The translations under genes were made by a program, and so were the position numbers. Shown one piece after another: positions 12,283 through 21,672 of a stretch of DNA of 63,883 nt (positions are counted from its first letter, which is position 1; each line of letters starts with the position of its first letter). The notes under the pieces are model-generated. The model had not been told where the DNA came from. It did not search any database and saw only the letters and a list, made by a program, of their open reading frames with translations. The stretch comes from an uncultured Legionellales bacterium (GTDB lineage: Bacteria > Pseudomonadota > Gammaproteobacteria > Eutrophobiales > Eutrophobiaceae): assembly GCA_913045195.1 (NCBI GenBank), contig CAJWQR010000004.1, positions 1 through 63,883 on the forward strand. Direction: 5' to 3'.

Positions 12283-13362
12283 TCAACATAAAAAGTTTTT
12301 AATTGTTTCCTTCAATGCTTTTTCAGAATAATCTGATGTCACAAATGCTTCTCCAATATTTTTTAGTAATACCAAATGCAAAATACCGTCCCTAGATTTT
12401 TTATCTACCTTCATATTTTCAAAAATTTGATTAAATTCTGCATCGTTATGAACTTTTATAGGTAGAGCAGCTCGCTCTAGTAATAATTGAATTCTATCAA
12501 ACTGACTTTGCTCAAAGAAACCTAATCTCTTTGATAAATCAGCTGCCATTAACATCCCACAACCAACCGCCTCTCCATGTAGCCATTCTTTGTAGGATAG
12601 AGCTGTCTCTATTGCATGGCCAAATGTATGTCCTAAATTTAATATAGCTCTATACCCAGTTTCTCTCTCATCTTCCGCAACAACCTCAGCTTTATTAATA
12701 CATGAACGCTCAATTGCATATGCTAAAACTTGATTATCGCGTTCTATTAAAGGGTTAATATTCTCTTCAAGCCAAGAAAAGAATTTTTCATCTCTGATTA
12801 ACCCATACTTAATTATTTCAGCTAAGCCTGCTGCAAACTCTCTGTCAGGTAATGTGGCTAAAACAGATGTGTCAGAAAAAACGGCGTGCGGTTGATGAAA
12901 AGCGCCAATCATATTTTTTCCTAATGGATGGTTGACGGCCGTTTTGCCTCCCACGGAGGAATCAACTTGAGCGAGTAAAGTGGTTGGTATTTGTATAAAT
13001 TTTACACCCCGCTGATAACATGATGCAGCAAACCCTGTTAAGTCACCGACTACTCCACCTCCCAGAGCAATCAGTATGCATGTTCGACTAAATTTTCTTT
13101 CTAATAATTGAGTAATAATTTGGTTTAAACTGTCGAGGGATTTATAAGTCTCTCCATCGGGTAATATAAATACTTCATAATCAAAATTGACCAAGTGCTT
13201 TTCAATGGCTTTTAGGTATAGTGGCGCGACCCTCTCATTGGTGACAACTAATACTTGCTTGCTTGTAATATACTGATTAAATATTTTTTTATCAGATAGT
13301 ATTGAATTGCCAATATGGATGGAATAACCGCGCTCACCTAAATCAACTTTTATTATTTTCAT
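12283..13362 (-). CDS. aroB: 3-dehydroquinate synthase
   Basis: 359 aa with GGGVVGDLTGFAA and HTFGHAIE motifs. It overlaps aroK by 4 nt. Confidence 0.95.
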   Translation of the reverse strand: MKIIKVDLGERGYSIHIGNSILSDKKIFNQYITSKQVLVVTNERVAPLYLKAIEKHLVNFDYEVFILPDGETYKSLDSLNQIITQLLERKFSRTCILIALGGGVVGDLTGFAASCYQRGVKFIQIPTTLLAQVDSSVGGKTAVNHPLGKNMIGAFHQPHAVFSDTSVLATLPDREFAAGLAEIIKYGLIRDEKFFSWLEENINPLIERDNQVLAYAIERSCINKAEVVAEDERETGYRAILNLGHTFGHAIETALSYKEWLHGEAVGCGMLMAADLSKRLGFFEQSQFDRIQLLLERAALPIKVHNDAEFNQIFENMKVDKKSRDGILHLVLLKNIGEAFVTSDYSEKALKETIKNFLC

Positions 13363-13880
13363 GTTTTTTCAATTATTTTTAATATTTCACGAATGATCTC
13401 TTGGGTAGATAGAATATCCGTGTTTATTGTTTCGTTTGCTACTGAGCTGTATATAGGCTCTCTCTCAAAAAGGATTTCTTTTATCTTACTTAATCGGTTA
13501 TCGCCCTGTAATAAGGGACGAATTTTATCGCTAGAAGTTCTATTAAATATTTTCTCAGCTGATGATTTAAGATAAATAATGATTCCATTATCGGTTAACA
13601 ACTCTCTATTTTTTTGAATTAGAATGGTTCCGCCGCCCGTTGATAAAACTATATTTCTTAATAAAACAAGCTCGGAAATTATTTTCGTCTCACGCTCTCT
13701 AAACCCAGCCTCCCCCTCAATTTCAAAAATTAATGGGATATCAGCTCCCGTTGTTTTTTTTATTTCATAGTCAGAATCGAAAAATTTTCTTGATGTTTTG
13801 CTTGCTATTTTTTTGCCAATGGTTGTCTTTCCGGCGCCCATCGGACCAATCAAAAAAATATTATTAGACTGATTCACCAT
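13359..13880 (-). CDS. aroK: shikimate kinase
   Basis: 173 aa with P-loop GPMGAGKTTIGK and STGGG. Confidence 0.95.
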   Translation of the reverse strand: MVNQSNNIFLIGPMGAGKTTIGKKIASKTSRKFFDSDYEIKKTTGADIPLIFEIEGEAGFRERETKIISELVLLRNIVLSTGGGTILIQKNRELLTDNGIIIYLKSSAEKIFNRTSSDKIRPLLQGDNRLSKIKEILFEREPIYSSVANETINTDILSTQEIIREILKIIEKT

Positions 13881-13948
13881 TAAATTAAATTATATTGTAT
13901 TTTCAGCTCTAGTTTGAATAAATAAAACATTTCTTCATTATACAACGC

Positions 13949-13979
13949 AAAAAGGGTATAGCCGTTATGGATATACCCC
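13949..13979 (-). terminator. putative rho-independent terminator after pilQ
   Basis: On the minus strand, GGGGTATA...TATACCC forms a stem of about 7 bp with a rather large loop, followed by TTTTT. It lies 24 nt downstream of the pilQ stop. Confidence 0.45.
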
Positions 13980-14002
13980 TTATTTATGTTTAATGTTGTT
14001 GG

Positions 14003-16132
14003 TTATTTTAGTTTAAGACTATCTTTTAATATTTTTGGTGTGATAAATATTAACAATTCAGATTTTGTCTTATCGATATCAGTTCTTTTAAATAGGAACC
14101 CGACATAAGGGAGGTCCCCAAAGAAAGGTACCCTGTCGATAGTTTTTCTATCGGATGATGTGTAAACACCACCTAAAACAACCGTTTCTCCATTAGAGAC
14201 CAGCACCTGAGTTGTAACGCTACGCGTATTGATTGCTGGAACACCGAGTACTGTAGTCCCGCTCACCGTATCCTGATTAACCTGTAAATCCATGATGATA
14301 CGGTCATCAGGGGTAATTTGTGGCGTCACGCGCAAGCTAAGTACGGCATCCTGAAATGATACGGAGGTAGCACCGCTAGATGATGCCTCTTGAAACGGAA
14401 TCTGTACGCCAGACTCTATAACTGCCTCGGTTTGGTTCGCTGTAATGACGCGGGGGCTTGCGATATCCTCGCCCCTGCCTTCGGCAATCAGAGCTGATAA
14501 TTCCAACTGCAGTAAATACGAACCAACCTTACCAATTGCTAGTGCCAACCCCGCAGCATCTGCAGGTGTCGCCGGCAAACTCACAATCAAATTCTCCACT
14601 GTATCCACACCAAAAGTAGTCAAAGTACCGAAATCTGTAACCCCAGCTTTAGAGCCACCAATTCCAATAAAAGGGTCAGCTTCTGCGGCGGTGCCAATAA
14701 CACCCCTTGCAGTTTGTCCCTGCTTGGTGTGCTTGGAATAGCCAAACCTAACACCCACATCCTTGGCAAAAGATTCGTCTGCATTCACAATGCGCGACTC
14801 AATTAATACCTGTCTCACAGGAACATCCAATTTCAATATTAATTCTCTTATTGCCTGTAGACTGGTTGCCACATCTTGCACAATCAGCGTATTTGTTCTT
14901 TGGTCAATTGAAACAGTCCCGCGCTCTGATGTTAGTTTATTATCACCCGCTACAATCAAACCCGATAAATCTGTGGCATTTGCGTAATTGATTTGCATAA
15001 ACTCAGTTCTTAATGGCGCCAACTCTTCAATTTGTTGATTGGCTTCAAGCTCAACACGTTCACGTGCCGTAAGCTCCTCCTGCGGGGCAACCATAACAAC
15101 ATTGCCATTTTGACGCATGCCCAAGCCTCTTGATTTTAAGATAATATCAAGCGCCTGATCCCAAGGAACATTTTTTAAACGCAGTGTTACGTTGCCACCT
15201 ACAGCATCACTAGTCACCATATTTAATCCTGTAAAATCAGCAATCAACTGCAAAACAGCTCTTACCTCAATATTTTGGAAATTAAGCGATAGACGCTCGC
15301 CGGTATAACCCAATTTTTCTTTCTTTTGTGCGGCTTTTTCTTCCTTTGTTAATGGCTTAAATTCAATTGTGTAATTATCGCCAGCTTGATACGCGATATG
15401 GTCATAATCTTCTGAAATAGAACTAATAATCATTGTGGTGTTATTGCCGCTAGCAGCCGTATCTATTTCTTTCACCGGAGTAGCAAAATCTATCACGTCT
15501 AATTTTCTATCTAATCGAGGCGGTAATTGTGTTTCGATAAAATCAATTACAACATTTCCGCCTTCAACTCTCATATCAATTGGTATTGAGGGATTTGACA
15601 ATTTAACGATGACTCTTCCTTCACCGTTTTCTCCTCTCTTAAAGTCTATATTTTCAATGCTTGCCGCCACTGAAGAAATTGATGTCTCATCGCTCGTTAT
15701 ACCTGAATATGATTTATTTGAAGAATCGCTTGATGCAACAACACCGCTACCTAAATTTAGAATTACGGTGTTACCGCTCACTTCCACCGAGTAAGAAACT
15801 GAACGTGTTAAATTAATCACAACACGAGAGCGCCCTTTTGCCTCAACTGCATTAAGACTATTCGCCATACCTATGCCGATTGTTTGGGACTTTTTGCTTA
15901 GGTTCAATGATATGTTGGGCAAATCAAGAACTACTCTTGCTGGGTTATCGACACTGAAACTTAATGGTTCGTTTGGTAAAATCTCAGAAAATTCCAATTT
16001 AATCTGTACTCTTTCCCCTGACAATGACGAAGTATTAATTTTATCCAACGTGACAACATTAGCGGAAAAAACACCTAAACTAACGCTGAATAGCAATGTC
16101 GAGAGAAATATTTTATCTATGTATTTATTCAT
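14003..16132 (-). CDS. pilQ: type IV pilus secretin
   Basis: 709 aa with a signal peptide and AMIN-like N-terminal repeats. The secretin C-domain reads ...VPFFGDLPYVGFLFK. Confidence 0.95.
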   Translation of the reverse strand: MNKYIDKIFLSTLLFSVSLGVFSANVVTLDKINTSSLSGERVQIKLEFSEILPNEPLSFSVDNPARVVLDLPNISLNLSKKSQTIGIGMANSLNAVEAKGRSRVVINLTRSVSYSVEVSGNTVILNLGSGVVASSDSSNKSYSGITSDETSISSVAASIENIDFKRGENGEGRVIVKLSNPSIPIDMRVEGGNVVIDFIETQLPPRLDRKLDVIDFATPVKEIDTAASGNNTTMIISSISEDYDHIAYQAGDNYTIEFKPLTKEEKAAQKKEKLGYTGERLSLNFQNIEVRAVLQLIADFTGLNMVTSDAVGGNVTLRLKNVPWDQALDIILKSRGLGMRQNGNVVMVAPQEELTARERVELEANQQIEELAPLRTEFMQINYANATDLSGLIVAGDNKLTSERGTVSIDQRTNTLIVQDVATSLQAIRELILKLDVPVRQVLIESRIVNADESFAKDVGVRFGYSKHTKQGQTARGVIGTAAEADPFIGIGGSKAGVTDFGTLTTFGVDTVENLIVSLPATPADAAGLALAIGKVGSYLLQLELSALIAEGRGEDIASPRVITANQTEAVIESGVQIPFQEASSSGATSVSFQDAVLSLRVTPQITPDDRIIMDLQVNQDTVSGTTVLGVPAINTRSVTTQVLVSNGETVVLGGVYTSSDRKTIDRVPFFGDLPYVGFLFKRTDIDKTKSELLIFITPKILKDSLKLK

Positions 16133-16206
16133 AATAGTCTTTAGTGTTTCCCAAATATATCAAATCTAATTGTTATTATCATGGCGTTTGTCCAATTTAA
16201 AAACAT

Positions 16207-16782
16207 TTACTCTATAAGCGGTAATAAGGCCTGTCTTTCTCCATACCGTCCGCTGTTATCTTTAATAATTTCTCTTACTTCAATTTGTTCTTCCTGTATA
16301 GAAGTAATTTTCCCTATATTTAAACCGATGTAATTACCAGTTTTTACGCGATGAACAATACCGCCGGGGTCGATTACAATCCCCCAATGATTATCCTCGT
16401 TTTGAAGTGTCCCAACCATTTTTATACTATCTAGTTCGAACCCCTCCAATTCTTCTCTATTACGATTTTGAATTTCATTTCTCATCTCTTCAGTTAAACC
16501 ATCATCAACGGGGCCTTCTGACTCCTCAATGGCAAGCGACTGTTCCACGACATAGAATCTTTTAAATGGATTGCGTGCCCCTAATTTTCCAGATTCATAG
16601 AGATATGCTTCGTAGGGTTTTACCTCTGGTAAAGGCTCGAGACGTCCTCCCGGCTTAGACATAATCTTAGATACTTGTTTTTCAAGATCGCTCATATCAT
16701 TAGAAACGCAGCCAGCAATTCCTAGGATAGCTAACACAACCATAGTTAATCTTATGCATCTATTTGAGAGAATAAAACTCAT
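16207..16782 (-). CDS. pilP: type IV pilus assembly lipoprotein PilP
   Basis: It has a lipobox (LGIAGC) and sits between pilO and pilQ. Confidence 0.8.
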   Translation of the reverse strand: MSFILSNRCIRLTMVVLAILGIAGCVSNDMSDLEKQVSKIMSKPGGRLEPLPEVKPYEAYLYESGKLGARNPFKRFYVVEQSLAIEESEGPVDDGLTEEMRNEIQNRNREELEGFELDSIKMVGTLQNEDNHWGIVIDPGGIVHRVKTGNYIGLNIGKITSIQEEQIEVREIIKDNSGRYGERQALLPLIE

Positions 16783-17384
16783 TATTCTTCATCCTCTTCT
16801 AGCGCACGATACGTTTTTGCAATTGTTTTCATTTGAAGCAACAAAGCTCCAGAATCTTTCGTTGTTTTAGAGGTGATATTAATATCATGAGTGGTAACGA
16901 TTCTCGGTAATTGCGCTAAACCACTAATGAATTCACCAAATTGATGATAATCACCAACAACATCAATTGATATAGGTAAAACCGCATAAAATTCTTTTGG
17001 ATTTTCTTGTTTTGGCTCAAACAATTTAAATTCAAGTCCCGCAGCTAAACCCGTTTGCGATATATCTACCAACAAACCTGCCACTTCTGTTTGATTTGGT
17101 AATTGACGTACCATATCCCCAAAAGATATTTCCATCTCTTTCATCTGTTCTTTTAAAGCATTAAGATTTGCTGCCTTCCTTTGTTTTATCGTAAGTACAT
17201 CTATTGTCTCTTTTTCTTTCCTCTCCAAACCCGCCAGCTCATCACGTTTTTTTGTTATATCGAAATGCCATCCAGCGAAAAGTAACGCAAAAAACATGAG
17301 CGTATAGATAACCGCCTGAATGGCTTTTGGCCACATGCCGGGATTATTTGGATCTAAATTTTTTAGGTCATCAGCAAAACTCAT
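16782..17384 (-). CDS. pilO: type IV pilus assembly protein PilO
   Basis: 200 aa with a single TM helix followed by a coiled coil, in the conserved operon position. Confidence 0.85.
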   Translation of the reverse strand: MSFADDLKNLDPNNPGMWPKAIQAVIYTLMFFALLFAGWHFDITKKRDELAGLERKEKETIDVLTIKQRKAANLNALKEQMKEMEISFGDMVRQLPNQTEVAGLLVDISQTGLAAGLEFKLFEPKQENPKEFYAVLPISIDVVGDYHQFGEFISGLAQLPRIVTTHDINITSKTTKDSGALLLQMKTIAKTYRALEEDEE

Positions 17385-17968
17385 GACTCCTCATCCCCTT
17401 CCTCTTTGTCAGCACTCGGCATAACTTGTTCAAACGTAAGCATAAATTCATTTACAGTCTTAGTGGTGCTGCCCTGTCCTTTATTAGACTCTTTAATAAC
17501 TTTTAGTTTTGCACCTTTTATCCACTCCGACTGCTCTATTTTTCTCATAAATGAAGAAACACGTGCATTGGACTGCGCTTCTCCAGTAATAGTTATTTTT
17601 GGACCCTGTTGTTTCAAATCAACTATAGACAGACCCTCGGGTAAACTCCTCACCAACTCATCAAATAAATGAACAATTAGTGGTCGGTCACGCTGTAATG
17701 ATTCAATTGCCATCATGCGTGAGAGTAAGGCTTCCTTTTTCTTTTCTAGCTCCTTAATTTCTGTAATTTTCTTATCGACCTCTTTAATTCTTTTATCAAT
17801 GTAACCAATTCGGGTATTTTGGCGTTCTATTAATTGTGAGTGATAGAAATGAACAGCCCCAACAGTAAGAGCTGCAAAAAGCGCAACCAAACCTAACATA
17901 ACTAAGAATTCATTAAGTAAGTCCTTACGTCTTTCTTCACGCCACGGGAGTAAGTTTATTTTTGCCAT
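17381..17968 (-). CDS. pilN: type IV pilus assembly protein PilN
   Basis: MAKINLLPWREERR is the canonical PilN N-terminus. I placed the start at ATG 17966-17968, overlapping the pilM stop. The track ORF extends to 17998. Confidence 0.85.
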   Translation of the reverse strand: MAKINLLPWREERRKDLLNEFLVMLGLVALFAALTVGAVHFYHSQLIERQNTRIGYIDKRIKEVDKKITEIKELEKKKEALLSRMMAIESLQRDRPLIVHLFDELVRSLPEGLSIVDLKQQGPKITITGEAQSNARVSSFMRKIEQSEWIKGAKLKVIKESNKGQGSTTKTVNEFMLTFEQVMPSADKEEGDEES

Positions 17969-19029
17969 TAACCTTTTCCCCTCATTGCTAAACCGCACGC
18001 AATCATTAGGGCTGGGGCATCATTTGCTAACATCTTTTTATTTACTTTTGAAGAAATGTGCATTTTCGAAAATGGATTTGCAATTATCGTCTTGATTTCA
18101 AGCCTGGGCTCAACCATATCAACAAGTCCAGAAATTGACGCACAACCGCCTGCAAGAATTAAAATATCAATATCCGTTATTTGACTCGAAGAATAAAAGA
18201 ACTGAAGTGCTCTTGAAATTTCTGAAGCAATATTCTCTTTAAATGGCTCTAGCACTTCGGGCTCATAATCCTCTGGCAATGAGCCTTGTTTTTTTGCTAA
18301 CGCAGCTTCCTCAATAGACAAACTATATCGACGTTGAATTTCCTCCGTTAATTGCATACCGCCAAATGCTTCTTCACGAGAATAAGTTACTTTAAAATTT
18401 TCCAAGACACTAAAGGTCGTTGACCTAGAACCAATATCAGCAACAGCAATAACGTCCGTTGAAATTCCACTTGGAAAGTTTTTAGCTATCAATTCAATTG
18501 TATTTTCTATTGTAAACGCTTCTATATCGACTACCTTTGCCCTTAGCCCCCCCAATTCTAGAGAAGCAACAACATTGTCAACGATTTCACTACGTGCTGC
18601 GGCCAATAAAACATTTGAATTTTCTGAGTCCTCTTGAGGCTCATCTAATACTTCGAAATCTATAGAAACTTGATCTAACGGGAAGGGTATGTGCTGGTCA
18701 GCTTCGATTTGAATCTGGCTTTCCATATCCTCATCAGATAAACCAGATGGCATACTAATTACCTTCGTAATAACAGAAGAACCTGCAACACAAATAGCAG
18801 CGTTTTTTGTTTTTGTACCAGATTTATCAACAACCAACGCAACAGTCTCGCCGACTTGTTCAATATCGTTTATAGTCTTTTCTGACACTGAATTTGGTGC
18901 TAGTGGTTCAACAGCGTAACTTTCAACTTGATAATCTGAACCACGCTCACTAAGCTCGAGCAACTTTACCGCTGTCTCGCTAATATCAATACCCAAAATT
19001 GGTGCCGATTTTTTTCTAAATGGAAACAC
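17968..19029 (-). CDS. pilM: type IV pilus assembly ATPase-fold protein PilM
   Basis: 353 aa with an actin-like fold. The N-terminus reads ILGIDISETAVKLLEL. Confidence 0.9.
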   Translation of the reverse strand: MFPFRKKSAPILGIDISETAVKLLELSERGSDYQVESYAVEPLAPNSVSEKTINDIEQVGETVALVVDKSGTKTKNAAICVAGSSVITKVISMPSGLSDEDMESQIQIEADQHIPFPLDQVSIDFEVLDEPQEDSENSNVLLAAARSEIVDNVVASLELGGLRAKVVDIEAFTIENTIELIAKNFPSGISTDVIAVADIGSRSTTFSVLENFKVTYSREEAFGGMQLTEEIQRRYSLSIEEAALAKKQGSLPEDYEPEVLEPFKENIASEISRALQFFYSSSQITDIDILILAGGCASISGLVDMVEPRLEIKTIIANPFSKMHISSKVNKKMLANDAPALMIACGLAMRGKG

Positions 19030-19202
19030 TAATTTTCCCTTTCTAAGTCATTAGGTTATATGAGATATGTATAATACTACATAAAGTAATTTTAACTAGT
19101 ATCACAATATAATCTTTTGTCTAAGGATTGAGGGAGTAAAATCCATTATTTATATCTAAAATCATAATATATCTGGATATTTTATATACATATAAACACA
19201 AC

Positions 19203-21644
19203 ATGCTGCGTTTTTTCTTCAATTTTATACAATCAATGGTGTTCTTTGGTCTAGGCACATTGCTGATTATTTCTCTATATATTATGCCAAAACTACCAGA
19301 TATAGAGACATTGAAAGATATAAAAATGCAAGTTCCTTTACGTGTTTATAGTGCGGATATGTCTCTTATTGCTGAATTTGGTGAAAAACGTCGTACCCCA
19401 GTAAAAATCGATGAAATTCCTCCCAAGCTGATTGAAGCATTTCTAGCCGCTGAAGATGATCGTTTTTATGTTCATCCCGGTGTTGATTGGCAAGGTTTAG
19501 TAAGAGCTTCCTACTCCCTAATAAAAACTGGTACAAAGAAACAGGGAGGCAGTACGATCACGATGCAAGTTGCGAGAAATTTTTTTCTTAGCCATGAAAA
19601 AACATATCTCAGAAAACTGAATGAAATTTTTCTCGCATTTAAAATTGAACGCGAACTAAGTAAAAAAGAAATTCTTGAATTATATCTAAACAAAATATAT
19701 TTAGGCCAAAGAGCTTATGGAGTTGCGGCGGCGGCACAAGTTTATTATGGAGTAAATATTGATTCATTAACTCTTTCACAAATTGCTACAATAGCTGGGC
19801 TACCTAAAGCACCTTCAAAATCAAATCCAATTACAGATCCAAGTCGTGCTCTAATTCGCAGAAATTATGTTTTACAGAGGATGTTGGATCTTTCATATAT
19901 ATCAAATGATGTATTTGAAGAAACAAAAAAAAATCCGATTAGCGCATCATTACATGTCATCTCGCCAGACATTGAGGCACATTATCTAGCAGAAATGGTA
20001 AGAAACAAATTGGTTCGGGAATTTGGAGAAGACGCATATACCAACGGTTTAGTAGTTACAACAACTATTCGTGATCACAATCAAGTAGCTGCTAATAAAG
20101 CATTAAGAGACGCGTTACTGAATTACGACAAAAGACATGGTTATCGAGGATCTGAACAATTTATAGATGATATTGAATTAAAAAGCGAAAAAGATATTAT
20201 CAGCCTACTAAAAACTTTTCCTATATTGAGTAACCTTCGTCCAGGACTGGTCACGAGCGTTAACGATGAATCTATAAATGTGTATGTCCTGGATATAGGT
20301 AACATAAAAATTAATTGGGAGGGTTTAAAATGGGCAAGAAAATATATTTCTGAAAATAAAAGAGGGGCAAAACCTAAAACGGCAAATGAATTTCTAAAGT
20401 CCGGAGATATAGTGCGTTTACTCAAAACTGAAAACAACGAATGGGCCCTATCACAGATTCCAGATGTTGAAGGCGGGTTAATTTCTATTTCGCCCAATGA
20501 CGGGTCTATATTTGCTTTGGTTGGCGGGTTCAATTACTTCAAGAATAAATTCAATCATGTCACTCAAGCGAAGAGACAGGCGGGCTCCGGATTTAAACCA
20601 TTTATATATTCTGCCGCAATTGAAGCAGGCAAAACTGCCGCTACAATAATTAATGATGCCCCTGTCGTATTTGAAGATCCTGGTATTGAGGATGAATGGA
20701 GACCAGAAAATTATAGCAGGAAAAGCCATGGCCCAACTCGAGTAAGAGAAGCACTAACGCATTCGCGCAACTTGGTATCAATAAGATTATTGCATTCTAT
20801 CGGTATTCCATTTGCACTCGAACATATTAAAAAATTTGGGTTTGATATTGAACAACTTCCAAAAAATCTTTCTCTAGCATTGGGAAGCGCAGAATTATCG
20901 CCTTGGGAATTGGTGAGGGGCTATTCAGTGTTTGCTAACGGAGGTTTTTTAATCGAACCTTATTTTATAAACGAGATTAAAACTTATGATGATCAAATTA
21001 TTTTTCGCGCTAATCCGTCGGTAGTATGTAATCAGTGTATAAATATACGACAAAATACATCGCCAAAGAAAAAAAGTGTTGATGAATTAGAAGAAGATGT
21101 AGCCGAACTAATCTATGATACTGGCTATGTAAATACCCTGTATTCTCCACGAGTAGTAGACGCTAAAAATATCTGGATTATGAATTCAATAACACGGGAT
21201 GTTATAAAACATGGCACAGGCAGACGGGCATTAGAACTACAACGTAGTGATCTTTCTGGAAAAACAGGCACAACAAATGATCAACATGATGCTTGGTTTT
21301 CAGGATTTAATTCAAATATAGTTACTGTAAGTTGGGTTGGCTTTGATAAATTTAGACCTCTAGGTACACGTGAAACTGGCGGGCGTGCTGCATTGCCAAT
21401 GTGGATTGATTATATGCGAGCTGCTCTTAAAGATATGCCGCAATCGCTTATGCAAAGACCAAAAGGTTTAATTACCGTTCGCATAGACGCTAATACTGGG
21501 GGGGCTGCAAATGCCGATAATCCAGATGCTATATTCGAAATATTTAGATTGGAGAATGCCCCAAAATCATTAGACAAAAAAAAGCAATCTGACCTTTTAT
21601 TGCAAGATGATGGAGTCATGTCTATCCCAGAACAATTATTTTAG
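19203..21644 (+). CDS. mrcA: penicillin-binding protein 1A (bifunctional transglycosylase/transpeptidase)
   Basis: 813 aa. Glycosyltransferase motifs EDDRFYVHPGVD and GGSTITMQ are present, along with the transpeptidase motifs SGFKP and KTGTTN. It is divergent from pilM, as in many gammaproteobacteria. Confidence 0.95.
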   Translation: MLRFFFNFIQSMVFFGLGTLLIISLYIMPKLPDIETLKDIKMQVPLRVYSADMSLIAEFGEKRRTPVKIDEIPPKLIEAFLAAEDDRFYVHPGVDWQGLVRASYSLIKTGTKKQGGSTITMQVARNFFLSHEKTYLRKLNEIFLAFKIERELSKKEILELYLNKIYLGQRAYGVAAAAQVYYGVNIDSLTLSQIATIAGLPKAPSKSNPITDPSRALIRRNYVLQRMLDLSYISNDVFEETKKNPISASLHVISPDIEAHYLAEMVRNKLVREFGEDAYTNGLVVTTTIRDHNQVAANKALRDALLNYDKRHGYRGSEQFIDDIELKSEKDIISLLKTFPILSNLRPGLVTSVNDESINVYVLDIGNIKINWEGLKWARKYISENKRGAKPKTANEFLKSGDIVRLLKTENNEWALSQIPDVEGGLISISPNDGSIFALVGGFNYFKNKFNHVTQAKRQAGSGFKPFIYSAAIEAGKTAATIINDAPVVFEDPGIEDEWRPENYSRKSHGPTRVREALTHSRNLVSIRLLHSIGIPFALEHIKKFGFDIEQLPKNLSLALGSAELSPWELVRGYSVFANGGFLIEPYFINEIKTYDDQIIFRANPSVVCNQCINIRQNTSPKKKSVDELEEDVAELIYDTGYVNTLYSPRVVDAKNIWIMNSITRDVIKHGTGRRALELQRSDLSGKTGTTNDQHDAWFSGFNSNIVTVSWVGFDKFRPLGTRETGGRAALPMWIDYMRAALKDMPQSLMQRPKGLITVRIDANTGGAANADNPDAIFEIFRLENAPKSLDKKKQSDLLLQDDGVMSIPEQLF

Positions 21645-21672
21645 TAATCCGTCATGACAAATCTTTTTATTT